Part shown: one piece after another, positions 1 to 10,489 of the stretch
How positions within the stretch are numbered: position 1 is the first letter of the stretch
Layout: each line of letters opens with the position of its first letter
Assembly: GCA_965213705.1 (NCBI GenBank)
Contig: OZ243913.1
Location: forward strand, 2,624,001-2,688,000
Reading direction: 5' to 3'
Source of the DNA: Trueperaceae bacterium
GTDB taxonomy: Bacteria; Deinococcota; Deinococci; Deinococcales; Trueperaceae
Length of the DNA stretch: 64,000 nt
Made by a program: the position numbers and the translations under genes
Notes under the pieces: generated by a model
Seen by the model: only the letters and a program-made list of their open reading frames with translations
Database searches by the model: none
Told to the model about the DNA's origin: nothing

Positions 1-68
1 AAGTCGCGGTGCAGTTCGGGGTCTTGGACGGTTTTCAGGACTTCCAGGACGCGCGTTTCTAAACTCAT
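1..68 (-). CDS. N-terminus of Mrp/NBP35 (ApbC)-type or DUF59-type Fe-S assembly protein, running off the window edge
   Basis: Manual translation from ATG at 68: MSLETRVLEVLKTVQDPELHRD, typical of the DUF59 'L..V.DPEL..D' N-terminus. Confidence 0.6.
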   Translation of the reverse strand, partial: MSLETRVLEVLKTVQDPELHRD

Positions 69-317
69 AGTAAGGTTCAAGATAGCAAGCCGGCGGCGCG
101 GGGGGGGCCGTGCGCCTTACCTTGAAGTACCGAGAGGTCCAGGCTCTCTCACTCGACGCTCGGTACTCGGTACTGCCTTTTCCCCTCGGCACTTCTCACC
201 CGGTCTTCGGCGACTTCCGAAGGGTTCGCTTCGGTGGGGAACGGGTACGTTATACTTGCGCAGTGATGACGGCGAACAGGGTGAACCGAGGACGGCAGCA
301 AAAACGGCGGGCGCGGC

Positions 318-1895
318 GTGGCGGGTAGGTATCAGCTCCGGGCGGTCCGAGCCGAGCGGGGCGGCGTGACGACGCACGAAGGTGTTGACCCCTTGACGGG
401 GTTGCCGGTTCTCGTCTACCGCTTTTCCGGTCAGCCGAGGCCGGGTCTTCGCGACCTGGAGTCCGAAAATATTCCGGGCCTGCTCGGCGTCGATACCTCC
501 GACACCGAAGACGACAAAGCCGAAATCGTCGTCGCCTATTTCAAAGAATATCAACCCGTCGAGAAGCCGCTGTCGGTGTCCCCGACCACCTTGCTTTTGG
601 ACAGCGTCAGGGCGCTCAAGGACGCCGCCCAAGCCGGCGTCGTTCACGGCGACGTTTGTCCGGCCCGGTTTTTAGCAAGCCGCGACCACGTTCTGCTCGA
701 GGGGTTCGGGGTTCCCTGGAGCGTCCTGGAAAGTGCTTACCGCGCACCCGAAGCCGAGGTGGGCTTTGCCGGGGACGTGTTCGCCTGGGCGAAGTCGGTG
801 CTCGAGCTTGCCAGGGGTCGGCTCGACGGTGCCACACTGAGCCTTCTTACGAGCTGTCTACATGCCGACCCGCTCGAGCGTCCGGCCGCGTCGGAACTTT
901 ACGCGACCCTCAAACGCGGGACCGACGAGACCCAAAAAGGTGTAGGGGACGAGACCGCCGGAGACGAGACTGCCGGAAACCAACCTACCGAGGCCGCAAC
1001 CCTCGAGGGCGAACAGACCTCGGTCGAGGATGGAAGCTTTGAGGGAGTTGGGGCTGTGACGTTTGGCGGCGAGGCACACGACCCGGCCGACGACGTGTTC
1101 GGAGACGCGGAGCTGGCTTTCCCGCCGGAGCCCGTCCCCGAGGAGCCCTGGACCGAACCGGCCTACGACTTCGGCACCGCCGTAACTTCCGAAGAGGCTG
1201 GCGCGTCCCTCGAGACCGAATCGACTCAAACCGGCGCCGTAGCTATCCCCTCACCGCCGCAGCCCCAGGGCTGGGACCAGCTCTGGGACGACTCCGAGAC
1301 CGGACCGGACCTCGTTCTTTCCGACCCCGGCCGGTACAGGGCGACACCGGAAACAGAGGCCGGGGACAAACCGTTCGTCAAAAACTTGCCCCCGGGCGCG
1401 ACCTACCGCCCGGGCGAAACGAGCACGGGTCTGCGGCCGGGCGTCATTCAGGAATACGCCTTCGACGTCCCGACACCGGTCGACCCGCGGCGACGGCGAC
1501 TCGTCATCATGTTGGCGCTCCTTATTTTCGGTGCGGCCGTTCTGGCGTACCTGGCACTTTTTTGGCAGCAACGCCAAGCCGCCCTGCCCCCGACCGCTGC
1601 GCTGAGCCCGGAAGCGGTATATGTTGTCGACGCAACCCTCGGGCCGCCCGACTTGCCGCCCACCGACGTTTACGTCGTGAGCAGTCCGGCGGGCTCGCGC
1701 AACCCGCCGGGCGCGCTCATCACGGTCGTTTCGCCGCCCGGACGCCAAATCGCCCTTGACCGGGCGGGAACGTGGCAGCTGCAGGCGCGATTCCAAAAAC
1801 GCGCCTCGGAAATCGTGACGTTTCAGGTGCCGCAGGAGCGCGCTATTTCGTTCACGCTGCCCCAGGAACCTGCCGACGCCACCGTCCAACCTTAG
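318..1895 (+). CDS. Membrane-anchored protein with degenerate Ser/Thr kinase-like N-domain
   Basis: GRYQL start, VHGDVCP (HRD-like), LLEGFG (DFG-like), YRAPE, GDVFA, P.ERP; acidic linker; one TM helix; C-terminal external domain. Confidence 0.7.
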   Translation: MAGRYQLRAVRAERGGVTTHEGVDPLTGLPVLVYRFSGQPRPGLRDLESENIPGLLGVDTSDTEDDKAEIVVAYFKEYQPVEKPLSVSPTTLLLDSVRALKDAAQAGVVHGDVCPARFLASRDHVLLEGFGVPWSVLESAYRAPEAEVGFAGDVFAWAKSVLELARGRLDGATLSLLTSCLHADPLERPAASELYATLKRGTDETQKGVGDETAGDETAGNQPTEAATLEGEQTSVEDGSFEGVGAVTFGGEAHDPADDVFGDAELAFPPEPVPEEPWTEPAYDFGTAVTSEEAGASLETESTQTGAVAIPSPPQPQGWDQLWDDSETGPDLVLSDPGRYRATPETEAGDKPFVKNLPPGATYRPGETSTGLRPGVIQEYAFDVPTPVDPRRRRLVIMLALLIFGAAVLAYLALFWQQRQAALPPTAALSPEAVYVVDATLGPPDLPPTDVYVVSSPAGSRNPPGALITVVSPPGRQIALDRAGTWQLQARFQKRASEIVTFQVPQERAISFTLPQEPADATVQP

Positions 1896-1957
1896 CGCGT
1901 GACGACACACCAAACGCCACTTCAAACGAGAACGGCGTTCCAAACGAGGTAGCGAGC

Positions 1958-3505
1958 ATGGTTCAGAAAAGCTTTTCCAAGGTCGTCGTCTTGGACTACG
2001 GCTCCCAGTACACCCAGCTCATCGCGCGGCGACTGCGCGAGCTGCAGGTGTTCTCGAGCATCTTGCCGGGTGACTCCAGCCTAAAAGACATCCTCACCGC
2101 CGCGCCGAGCGCGCTCATTTTGTCGGGCGGGCCGACGAGCGTGTACGACGAGGGCGCGCCCGCTTTGCCACCGGGTTTGCTCGAGACGGGCTTGCCGGTT
2201 CTCGCCATCTGTTACGGAATGCAGCTCGTCGCGCAGGCGGCGGGCGGAACAGTCGTGCCGAGTCAGGTCCGAGAGTACGGAAAAGCGCTGCTGACAAACT
2301 ACGAGGGCGACCTGTTCGAACACTTAGAGGGCGACGTCGTCGCCTGGATGAGCCACGGCGACGCGGTAAGCGAGGTGCCACCAGGGTTTACCGTGACCGC
2401 CGCAACCAACGACACGGCGGTCGCCGCGATGGAAGACGCCGCGCGAAAAATCTACGCCCTCCAGTTTCACCCCGAGGTGAGGCACACGCCCAAAGGCGTC
2501 ACGCTGCTGCAGAACTTTCTGCGACACGCAGGACTCAAAGCCGATTGGACGCCCGAGCACGTCCTGGAAAGCTTGACCCGCGCAGTCAAAGAACGCGTCG
2601 GCGACGCGCGCGTGCTGCTCGGGATTTCGGGCGGGGTGGACTCGAGCACCTTGGGGCTGCTCTTAAACAGTGCCATAGGCGGACAGCTGCACGCAGTTTT
2701 CGTCGACCACGGCTTGCTGAGAATGGGTGAGGCGGAAGAGGTCGAGGCGGCGTTGCGCGGCCTCGGCGTAAATTTGACCGTGGTGGACGCCTCCGAGTGT
2801 TTTTTGACCGCCTTACAAGGCGTGACCGACCCGGAGGAAAAACGCAAAATTATCGGTCGCGAGTTTGTCGAGGTGTTTTACACCGAGGCCGAAAAGCTCC
2901 AGGCCGAACACGGCGAGATTCGCTTTTTGGCACAGGGCACGCTTTACCCCGACGTGGTCGAGTCGGCGGGCGGGCACGGCGCGGCCGTTATCAAGTCTCA
3001 CCACAACGTCGGCGGCTTACCCAAAGACTTGCGTTTTGAGCTGCTCGAGCCCTTCCGCACCCTGTTCAAAGACGAGGTGCGCGAACTCGCCGAAGTCCTC
3101 GGGATGCCCAAACACCTCCGCGACCGCCACCCCTTCCCCGGCCCCGGTTTGGCGATTCGCTGCATCGGCGAGGTCACAGAGAAACGCTTAGACGTGTTGC
3201 GCCGGGTGGACGACATCTTCGTCAGCAGCTTGCGCGAGTTTGGACTCTACGATGCGACCTGGCAAGCGCTGGCGGTTTTGACCCCCATCCGCTCGGTCGG
3301 CGTGATGGGCGACGGGCGCACCTACTCGAACGTTGTGGCGCTGCGCGCGGTCTCGAGCGAAGACGCCATGACCGCCGACTGGAGCCGTTTGCCGCACGAC
3401 TTTTTAGCGACGGTCTCAGGTCGCATCGTCAACAGCGTGGCGGAGGTCAACCGGGTGGTTTACGACATTACGAGCAAGCCGCCGGGGACGATTGAGTGGG
3501 AATGA
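1958..3505 (+). CDS. guaA: GMP synthase (glutamine-hydrolysing)
   Basis: [41 protein letters not shown]; start moved to ATG 1958 behind GAGG. Confidence 0.98.
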   Translation: MVQKSFSKVVVLDYGSQYTQLIARRLRELQVFSSILPGDSSLKDILTAAPSALILSGGPTSVYDEGAPALPPGLLETGLPVLAICYGMQLVAQAAGGTVVPSQVREYGKALLTNYEGDLFEHLEGDVVAWMSHGDAVSEVPPGFTVTAATNDTAVAAMEDAARKIYALQFHPEVRHTPKGVTLLQNFLRHAGLKADWTPEHVLESLTRAVKERVGDARVLLGISGGVDSSTLGLLLNSAIGGQLHAVFVDHGLLRMGEAEEVEAALRGLGVNLTVVDASECFLTALQGVTDPEEKRKIIGREFVEVFYTEAEKLQAEHGEIRFLAQGTLYPDVVESAGGHGAAVIKSHHNVGGLPKDLRFELLEPFRTLFKDEVRELAEVLGMPKHLRDRHPFPGPGLAIRCIGEVTEKRLDVLRRVDDIFVSSLREFGLYDATWQALAVLTPIRSVGVMGDGRTYSNVVALRAVSSEDAMTADWSRLPHDFLATVSGRIVNSVAEVNRVVYDITSKPPGTIEWE

Positions 3506-3535
3506 GGTGGACCGACGGTCGTTTTTTTGGATTCT

Positions 3536-3745
3536 TCAAGCCTCGAGTTCGCCTAGCTCTCCCGCTTCGATTTCATCGTTGCTCAAGACGGAGATTTTAC
3601 CTCTGAACTGACGTAGCCGCTCGAGCTTGGCAGTACGAATAAAGGATTTGACTGCCGCCTCCACAGCCCGCGCCGGGTCCGTTTCGTCGGTCAACGCCAT
3701 CAGGTCCTCGAGCACCTTGTCGTCCAGCGTCACGCCCACTTGCAT
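3536..3745 (-). CDS. VapB-like antitoxin (DUF2191-like), no adjacent toxin
   Basis: 69 aa, 'VTLDDKVL..LM.LT......AVE.A' pattern; convergent with guaA. Confidence 0.65.
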   Translation of the reverse strand: MQVGVTLDDKVLEDLMALTDETDPARAVEAAVKSFIRTAKLERLRQFRGKISVLSNDEIEAGELGELEA

Positions 3746-3754
3746 CAGTGCGCC

Positions 3755-5311
3755 TCAACCCTCCGATTCACTACCAATGACTGACTGCCGGTAAGGCGTG
3801 TCTTTCGGCCCTTCACCTGGCAAACGTGCGTACAGCGTGGCGAGGTCTTTAAGCCCAGCAGCGACCCAATAAGGAACCTCGTCCCAGCGAAAACGCCAAC
3901 TCCAGTTGCCCGCCGCCACGCCCGGCGTGTTCATGCGCGCCTCGGTGCCCAAACTCAGCACGTCCTGCAGCGGCACGACCGCCGTGTCCGCGACCGAACT
4001 GAAAGCCAGGCGCACCAAACCCTGCACCACGTCCTCGTCGCCCCGACCCAAGTAGCGCCGCACGAAGTCGCGCTCGGCGTCAGGGGCTTGAGCGTACCAA
4101 CCGCGCGTCGTGTCGTTGTCGTGCGTGCCGGTGTAAACCACACAGTCGTGCGGGTAGTTGTGCGGCAGGTACGGGTCGGAAGCGTCGGCGGCGAAGGCGA
4201 ACTGCAACACCTTCATGCCGGGAAGGTTGTTGTCGTCGCGCAGCTTTTCGACCTCCGGCGTGATGACGCCCAAATCCTCGGCGATAATCGGTAGGTCGTC
4301 GCCGAGCGCCGCGCGGATGGCGTCGAATAGAGGTTGGCCCGGCCCTTTGACCCAGCGGCCCTTGACCGCGGTCGGTTCCGAGGCGGGAATTTCCCAGTAC
4401 GCCTCGAAGCCCCGAAAGTGGTCGATGCGGATGAGGTCGAAAAAGTCCAGGGTGGACTCGACCCGCTGCACCCACCACTTGAACCCCTGAGCTTTCATCT
4501 CGTCCCAGCGGTACAGCGGGTTGCCCCAGCGCTGGCCGGTCGCGCTGAAGTAGTCGGGCGGCACGCCCGCGATGACGGTCGGGTTGCCCGTTTTGTCGAA
4601 GTAAAAAAGCTCGGGGTTGGCCCAGGCATCGGCCGAATCGTAGGCGATGAAGATGGGGATGTCGCCGATGACGAGGATGTCACGTGCGTTGGCGTAGGCC
4701 TTGACAGCGAGCCACTGCTCGTAAAACAGCCACTGCCAGAGTTTATGGCGCGTGATGACCTCTGCAAGCTCGCGCCGCTTTTCCCGCAGCGCGCCCACAT
4801 CGCGGTCGCGCACGTCGGCGGGCCAGGTGCTCCAAGCTTCGCCGCCGTTGGCCTCTTTTAGGGCCATGAACAGGGCGAAGTCCTCGAGCCAGTAAGCTTG
4901 TACCTTGCAGAACGTTTCAAAACTTTCGCGTTGCCCCTCGGTCGCGCTCGCTTGGAAGTGCTCGGAGGCGCGCTCGAGCACCCGCACCTTGTAAGGAATG
5001 ACGTTGCCGTAATCGACCGCGTCGTTTCCAAAGTCGGGTGCGCCGGTGAGGTCTTCGGCGCTAAGCAATCCCTCCCCCACCAGCATGTCCAGGTCGATAA
5101 GGTACGGGTTGCCCGCAAAGGCGCTGAAGCACTGGTAAGGACTGTCGCCGTAGCCCGTCGGGCCGAGCGGCATGACTTGCCACAGCCGCTGACCGGCCGC
5201 CTCTAAAAAGTCCAGCCACTGATAGGCCGCCTTGCCCAGCGTGCCGACGCCGTACGGTCCCGGCAGCGAAGTCGGGTGGAGCAACAAACCTGCGCGTCGT
5301 TCGAATGCCAT
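3755..5311 (-). CDS. malQ: 4-alpha-glucanotransferase (GH77)
   Basis: GLLLHPTSLPG, RIDHFRG, IAEDLG, YTGTHDNDT. Confidence 0.97.
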   Translation of the reverse strand: MAFERRAGLLLHPTSLPGPYGVGTLGKAAYQWLDFLEAAGQRLWQVMPLGPTGYGDSPYQCFSAFAGNPYLIDLDMLVGEGLLSAEDLTGAPDFGNDAVDYGNVIPYKVRVLERASEHFQASATEGQRESFETFCKVQAYWLEDFALFMALKEANGGEAWSTWPADVRDRDVGALREKRRELAEVITRHKLWQWLFYEQWLAVKAYANARDILVIGDIPIFIAYDSADAWANPELFYFDKTGNPTVIAGVPPDYFSATGQRWGNPLYRWDEMKAQGFKWWVQRVESTLDFFDLIRIDHFRGFEAYWEIPASEPTAVKGRWVKGPGQPLFDAIRAALGDDLPIIAEDLGVITPEVEKLRDDNNLPGMKVLQFAFAADASDPYLPHNYPHDCVVYTGTHDNDTTRGWYAQAPDAERDFVRRYLGRGDEDVVQGLVRLAFSSVADTAVVPLQDVLSLGTEARMNTPGVAAGNWSWRFRWDEVPYWVAAGLKDLATLYARLPGEGPKDTPYRQSVIGSESEG

Positions 5312-5433
5312 GAAACCTCCCGGAGAGGAAATACGTCCTTCTCAGATGAATGACGCTAACATGTTTGTGGGCTCGAGGCTTCTGGTTGTTCGGGTAGATT
5401 TCAGCGATTTAGTGGACGAGCTTCGAGATAGAG

Positions 5434-6084
5434 TCAGCTTGCTATCGCATAGACACCGATGATGTTAAAATCCTCAATTTTCTCGCTAGGAACATGCTGA
5501 ACATAAAACTTGAGAAACTCTTCCGCTTCGCCAGCTTGAGAAAATAAACCGTCACGGTTGAGTTGGTTGAAATAAGGGAGAAAAAGTTGCCCTTGCTCAT
5601 CTGTGCCGTTCCAGGTTGGAAAAAACATAGAATCCATTACGGGCGAGAAGTGGTCGCCAACAAAGTAGTTAGGTTCATAACCGAGCAGTACAAATTTTTT
5701 CGGTGGAACTGTATGCTGGTTTTCCTGACCTACCCAAACAATTTCCCATTGAGACGGTTCGCTGAGCGTTGCAAACACCGTCAATGCGTCGTCCAAACTT
5801 AAAAGATAGTCTTCGGCAGAACGTTGTTGATGCTCGAGTTCAGCAATAAGCCTTGATGCGTTAATCTCGGAAGGTGGTTCCGTATTTGGTAAACCATCAA
5901 ATTCCGAATACCAAGGGCCGAGGCACTGCCGCCCGACGCCGCGATACTTCTTACCGTACGTTGAAGGGTCCGTGTTTTGACGAGGTATGCCATAAGCTTT
6001 TTGCTGTTGCACTGAAGGACGGCTGTACTCGAGACACAGAGATTCAAATGTTCTGACAATCAAGAAACCGGAATGAATTAACAT
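5434..6084 (-). CDS. Hypothetical protein, low GC
   Basis: 216 aa AT-rich ORF; TAGAAT 8 nt before ATG. Confidence 0.65.
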   Translation of the reverse strand: MLIHSGFLIVRTFESLCLEYSRPSVQQQKAYGIPRQNTDPSTYGKKYRGVGRQCLGPWYSEFDGLPNTEPPSEINASRLIAELEHQQRSAEDYLLSLDDALTVFATLSEPSQWEIVWVGQENQHTVPPKKFVLLGYEPNYFVGDHFSPVMDSMFFPTWNGTDEQGQLFLPYFNQLNRDGLFSQAGEAEEFLKFYVQHVPSEKIEDFNIIGVYAIAS

Positions 6085-6163
6085 GACATGAAATTCTACC
6101 GCCTAAGTTTGCTCCCAAACTTCACCGATTTAGTCAAGGAGGTTTATTAGAGCGTTTTTTGGA

Positions 6164-6694
6164 TTAGTACGGTAAATTTAGGTCTCTCTGTAACTCCCTT
6201 GCACGTTCTTCACTCGAGCAAACAAGAAAGAGTCTAAAAGTTACGCCACCTTCTTCGTAAAAAGGTTCGTCCTTTTCCATAGGACTGACACTTACTGCCA
6301 CATGCGCAAACCATTTGATGGCTTTGACAAAGAACGTTGGAGACGCTGCTGCCGAATTATCAGCATTTGACCAAACTACATCAACGTAGTCATACTTGAA
6401 ATCAGGAGAACGAAAGCCCCCAAACAAGGAGTCGGCGAGTCCGTCCCACAGTTCACCGTTTGGTGGATTCATAGGAAATGAGGCGTTAGAAACTGCATCA
6501 TGAAAGGTTACTTTTGAATCAACGATTTGGCCTGATGTGGTTTCTAACATATATTGCTTCAACAGTTTTTTTGTCGGCTTGCCTCGCATATCTTCAGCAG
6601 AAACGAAATTGAGAAAGTTGTTCCTCTTTAGCTTTTCGTTACTGTACTTTTTAAGCCGCTTGGCTCGAGTTTTCTGTCCTTTCGATTTAGCCAT
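6164..6694 (-). CDS. Barstar-like domain protein, low GC
   Basis: 'NGELWDGLADSLFGG ... VVWSNAD' resembles the barstar G.N.DAL.D.L motif; start placed at MAKSKG. Confidence 0.55.
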   Translation of the reverse strand: MAKSKGQKTRAKRLKKYSNEKLKRNNFLNFVSAEDMRGKPTKKLLKQYMLETTSGQIVDSKVTFHDAVSNASFPMNPPNGELWDGLADSLFGGFRSPDFKYDYVDVVWSNADNSAAASPTFFVKAIKWFAHVAVSVSPMEKDEPFYEEGGVTFRLFLVCSSEERARELQRDLNLPY

Positions 6695-6707
6695 AAACAG
6701 CTCTTGA

Positions 6708-6980
6708 CTACGCAGCGTCAGCTTGCTCTTGCCCAACCCGCTCTTGTAACCACAAATTCAGCAGGGTTTCAGATGATACTCCGTGCCTAGCTGCCAACTT
6801 GCGGAGTTTTTTACTGAGCGTGGACTCGACAGGAAAGTAGGTGACGGAGCTTTGAATATCAACATTGAAATTAACCTCGTGCGTTTGTTCCCAAATTTCA
6901 CCGAGGTCATGCTCGTCCCAGTATTCTCCCATTTCTTCGTAGGACGAAGCTTGTGAGATAGAGGTTTTACCTTCGCTCAT
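6708..6980 (-). CDS. CopG/BrnA-type antitoxin
   Basis: EYWDEHDL, LAARHGVSSETLLNLWLQE; overlaps the BrnT toxin gene. Confidence 0.85.
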   Translation of the reverse strand: MSEGKTSISQASSYEEMGEYWDEHDLGEIWEQTHEVNFNVDIQSSVTYFPVESTLSKKLRKLAARHGVSSETLLNLWLQERVGQEQADAA

Positions 6981-7251
6981 AGTTTCTCCTTTCAACATCT
7001 GTCATTGTACGTGAAGAGATAACGACAGCGTGTTTGTCTTGTCTGTAGACAAAAAAGGTGATGAGGTAACGTCCCGCGTCAGTTTGTCCAAAAGCTGCGT
7101 AGAGATTTTCGTCTTTGCGGCGACCTTTTTCAGCGAAACGGAAATAAGGAGAGTTGGCGAACACCTCTTCGACCTCGAACAGCTCGACCTTGTGTTTGCG
7201 CCAAAGTTTCTCGACGATGTCCTCGAGCCAGATAAACCCTGCGATGGTCAA
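6967..7251 (-). CDS. BrnT family toxin
   Basis: KHKV...EVEEVF, AFGQTDAGRYL, VISSR.MT..ERR.Y. Confidence 0.88.
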   Translation of the reverse strand: MTIAGFIWLEDIVEKLWRKHKVELFEVEEVFANSPYFRFAEKGRRKDENLYAAFGQTDAGRYLITFFVYRQDKHAVVISSRTMTDVERRNYERR

Positions 7252-7277
7252 ACTAATCAGCGCTCCTACATCTTACC

Positions 7278-8195
7278 TCACTTCTCAAACGGCTTCCCAA
7301 TCGCCTTCGGCGGCACCGCCCGACCGATAAACCCGGCCAAAACGAGCATCGTCAGGACAAACGGGATACTCTGCACCAGCGTCGGCGGCAGCAGTTGCCC
7401 GCCGCCCAAGACCGTCGCCAGCGCCTCGAAAGTGCCGAACAGCAGCGTCGCGCCGAGGACGCCGAGCGGGTGCCACTTGCCGAAAATGAGCGCCGCCAGC
7501 GCGATGAAGCCGCGTCCGCCGGACATGTTGGCGACGTATTGGTTTAAGTTGCCGATGCTGAGGTAAGCGCCCGCCAAACCCGCCAGCACGCCCGACAAAA
7601 TCACGCCGTAGTAGCGCATCCGCTTCACGTTGATGCCCACACTGTCCGCCGCCTCGGGGTGCTCGCCGACCGAGCGCAGCCGCAGGCCGAAGGGCGTGCG
7701 GAACAGCACGTACCAGACGACCGGGACGAGGACGAAGGCGAGGTACAAAATCGGGCTGAAGCCGCCCCACTGCGGCAGGCGGTTGGCGATGGGCGCGCTC
7801 GAGGTCGAGTTGCTGTAAAACCCGGTCAACACCAGCGCCGGAATTCCGATTGCCATGAGGTTGATGGCCGTGCCCGAAATAATCTGGTCGGCCTTGTAAC
7901 GAATGCTGATAACCGCGTGGATAAGTCCGACCCCTGCCCCGACGGCCGCGCCGAACAGCACCCCGACCCACGGCACCCAGGCGAGGTTCGCGTCCGGATT
8001 GGCGGCGAGAATTCCGACCTCGAGCTGCTGCACCGTCACCGCCGCCGCGAGCGCGCCGAACAGGATAATCCCCTCTAAAGCAATGTTCACCACGCCCGCA
8101 CGCTCGCTGAACAAGCCGCCCAAGGCCGCCAGTAGCAGCGGCGTGGTGGCACGCAGCGCCGAGCCGACGAGGGTGAGTAAGAGGAGCGTGTCCAC
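7278..8195 (-). CDS. ABC transporter permease (nucleoside/simple sugar type)
   Basis: SERAGVVNIALEG, LRSVGEHPEAADSVGINV, GRGFIALAALIFGKW. Confidence 0.93.
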   Translation of the reverse strand: MDTLLLLTLVGSALRATTPLLLAALGGLFSERAGVVNIALEGIILFGALAAAVTVQQLEVGILAANPDANLAWVPWVGVLFGAAVGAGVGLIHAVISIRYKADQIISGTAINLMAIGIPALVLTGFYSNSTSSAPIANRLPQWGGFSPILYLAFVLVPVVWYVLFRTPFGLRLRSVGEHPEAADSVGINVKRMRYYGVILSGVLAGLAGAYLSIGNLNQYVANMSGGRGFIALAALIFGKWHPLGVLGATLLFGTFEALATVLGGGQLLPPTLVQSIPFVLTMLVLAGFIGRAVPPKAIGKPFEK

Positions 8196-10418
8196 TTAAA
8201 CGTCCACGTTCTGCGAGGAGCGTACCGGTTTGCCGGGCGGGTCGAGCGGCTGCGTGACGGTCGGGTCTTCTTCTAAAAACAAGCGGCGGCGCAGCGGGTT
8301 GGTGACGCTGCCGGGTAAAAAGCCTTTGGCGGCGATGAACAGCACCACGAGCGCCAAAATCATGCTGACTACGTCGCGCGTCAGGTCGCTGAAGGTGATG
8401 TTGAGAAGGGTGCCGCCGTTTTTGAGCACGCCGAACAAAAACGCCGACAGCACCACGCCGAGCGGGGTGTTGCCGCCCAACAGCGCGACCGCGATGCCGT
8501 CGAAGCCGTCGTTCGTCGGTAGGGCCTGGCGGAGTGAGTATTCTTCTAAAGCGCCGCCCAACACGTAATGGCTCGCGGTGAGGCCTGCAAAGGCCCCGCT
8601 GAGCGCCAGCGCCAACACCGTGTTGCGGGCGATGCTCGCGCCGCCGTACTCGGCGGCCAGGGGGGCCAAACCGACCGCACGCAGTTCGTAGCCCCACTTG
8701 GTGCGCCACATGAACACCTGCATAAACGCGGCCGCCGCCAGCGCGATGAGAAAGGAGGTGTTGAGCTTCGTCGGCGGGATGATGGTGTCGACCGACGCCA
8801 AGCCGAACAGCGCCGCCACACCGTAGGCGACCGCGCCCGCCACTAAAGAAACGAGAAGGCGACGCCACAGTGTAAAACGCCGACGGAACAGAAAGAACGC
8901 GAGAATGAGGACGCCCGCCCCGACGACCAGCGCAAAGTTGAGCGGCAAAATCGCCTCGCCCGTCGTAACCTCGCGGTCGACGCCGAGGACGGTCGGCAAC
9001 TGTGCCAAGCGCGCGGTTTCTTGTAACGGGTAAGACTTCGGCTCGGAGCCGGGCGCTTTGAAGGGCAGTCGCAGCGTCACGGGGGGTTCGTTCGCCGCTA
9101 AGGACCAGGCGTAGACGCCGCCCCCGAGGGCAACCAGGGCCAAGATGGCTGCCGTGAGGCGGGGCGCTCGAGCCCCCAGCCGCCGCACGGGCGGGATGAG
9201 GCTTAGCACCAGCAACGCGACCGTTAAAAGGCTCAGCCAATAGATGACCTGCAGCACCGGCGCGGCAAACACGTTGTTCGACGACAGCACGAAGAGCAGC
9301 AGCGACAAGGCGATGTAGTTCATCAAAATCGTGTTGATAACCTCGTTGGCCCCGAAGCGCGCCTTGAGATAGCCCGGAATCGCGCCCCACAGCCCGCCGC
9401 CCAGCGCCGAGGCGGCGACGGCCAGCGGCAACACCACCAACTTCGGCCCCGGCATGTACAGGCCCACCAACATCGCAAAAATGGCGCCCAAGACCATCTG
9501 GCCCGGCGCGCCGATGTTGAACAGTCCCGCCTGAAACCCGAAGGCGACGGCCAAGCCGGTGAAAATCAGCGGCGTCGCGAACTTTAAAGACTCGGCTAAA
9601 CCCCCGACCGTGCCGAGCGAGTTGCTGAACAGGGTGAGGTTGGCGTACCACAGGGTTTCCAAACGACCGGCGAGGGCGGTCTGCCAACTGTCAATGACGA
9701 ACTCCCCACCGGTCGGCGTGCCTTGCAGGGCCAGGATAACGACCGCCGCCACCAGCAACGCCAAGACAATCGAGGTGAGCGGCACCGCGACCAGGGTCAG
9801 GGTGCGCTCGACGGTTCGGTTGAACCTCGGTAAGACGCGCAGCCCGAAAAACAAGGCCAAACCGCCCGTCAAGTACGCTAAAAACGCCGCCAACCCGAGC
9901 CCCGAGCCGTCGTAACCCAAGCGCTTAATGGTAAAGCCAGCCTTGCGCGACTTGAGGACGGTGGTGTCGATAGACGCTGTGGGTGCGTCTTCCAACACCG
10001 CCCGCAAGGCGGGCTCGTCAACGGACGGCCGCGGGTCTTCCAAGGCCCGCGTGATGGCGCTCGTTACGAGGTCCAAACGCACGTCGCGCACCGCCGAGCG
10101 CACGTTCGAAAGACCCCAAAAAGTCGTGGCGACGAGCAGCAGACCGCCGAACAGCCAGAGCAGCGAGCGCCAGCGGAGGTTGTTCAGCAACGCGGCACCG
10201 CCGACGACAAAAAGCGCCGCGGCACTCAGCGCGAGCACGGTTCCCAAACCCGTTACGGGCAGCAGGTCGGTTCGACCGGAAAAGTCCAGGTAGCGGTTCG
10301 GCAACAACAACACGCTGCTGCGGGCACCCGTCGGGCGGGCGAGGGCGGCCCAGGGCGCGAGCCACAAACCGAGCAACGTAACGACGGAAAAGCCTGCGAC
10401 CGCAAAACGTTCGTTCAC
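8196..10418 (-). CDS. Extended ABC transporter permease (nucleoside/simple sugar type)
   Basis: GLFNIGAPGQ, NEVINTILMNY, GFDGIAVALLG, plus ~200 aa N-terminal extension; GTG start 6 nt after TAGAAT. Confidence 0.9.
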   Translation of the reverse strand: MNERFAVAGFSVVTLLGLWLAPWAALARPTGARSSVLLLPNRYLDFSGRTDLLPVTGLGTVLALSAAALFVVGGAALLNNLRWRSLLWLFGGLLLVATTFWGLSNVRSAVRDVRLDLVTSAITRALEDPRPSVDEPALRAVLEDAPTASIDTTVLKSRKAGFTIKRLGYDGSGLGLAAFLAYLTGGLALFFGLRVLPRFNRTVERTLTLVAVPLTSIVLALLVAAVVILALQGTPTGGEFVIDSWQTALAGRLETLWYANLTLFSNSLGTVGGLAESLKFATPLIFTGLAVAFGFQAGLFNIGAPGQMVLGAIFAMLVGLYMPGPKLVVLPLAVAASALGGGLWGAIPGYLKARFGANEVINTILMNYIALSLLLFVLSSNNVFAAPVLQVIYWLSLLTVALLVLSLIPPVRRLGARAPRLTAAILALVALGGGVYAWSLAANEPPVTLRLPFKAPGSEPKSYPLQETARLAQLPTVLGVDREVTTGEAILPLNFALVVGAGVLILAFFLFRRRFTLWRRLLVSLVAGAVAYGVAALFGLASVDTIIPPTKLNTSFLIALAAAAFMQVFMWRTKWGYELRAVGLAPLAAEYGGASIARNTVLALALSGAFAGLTASHYVLGGALEEYSLRQALPTNDGFDGIAVALLGGNTPLGVVLSAFLFGVLKNGGTLLNITFSDLTRDVVSMILALVVLFIAAKGFLPGSVTNPLRRRLFLEEDPTVTQPLDPPGKPVRSSQNVDV

Positions 10419-10489
10419 CAACCCATTCTAACAGTAGCTTCTACCGACGGCGCAGGGTAGCGGTGCCGACCTCGAAGTTGAGCCAGCAC

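Noticed and set aside
1772..1957. N-terminal extension of GuaA
   Set aside because: Overlaps the upstream gene; similarity and SD point to ATG 1958.
7285..9687. 800-aa alternative-frame ORF over the permeases, and similar long shadow ORFs (47054-48376, 21187-22323, 45060-46118)
   Set aside because: Arg/Gly/Ala-rich products of high-GC codon bias that overlap well-supported genes and carry no motifs.
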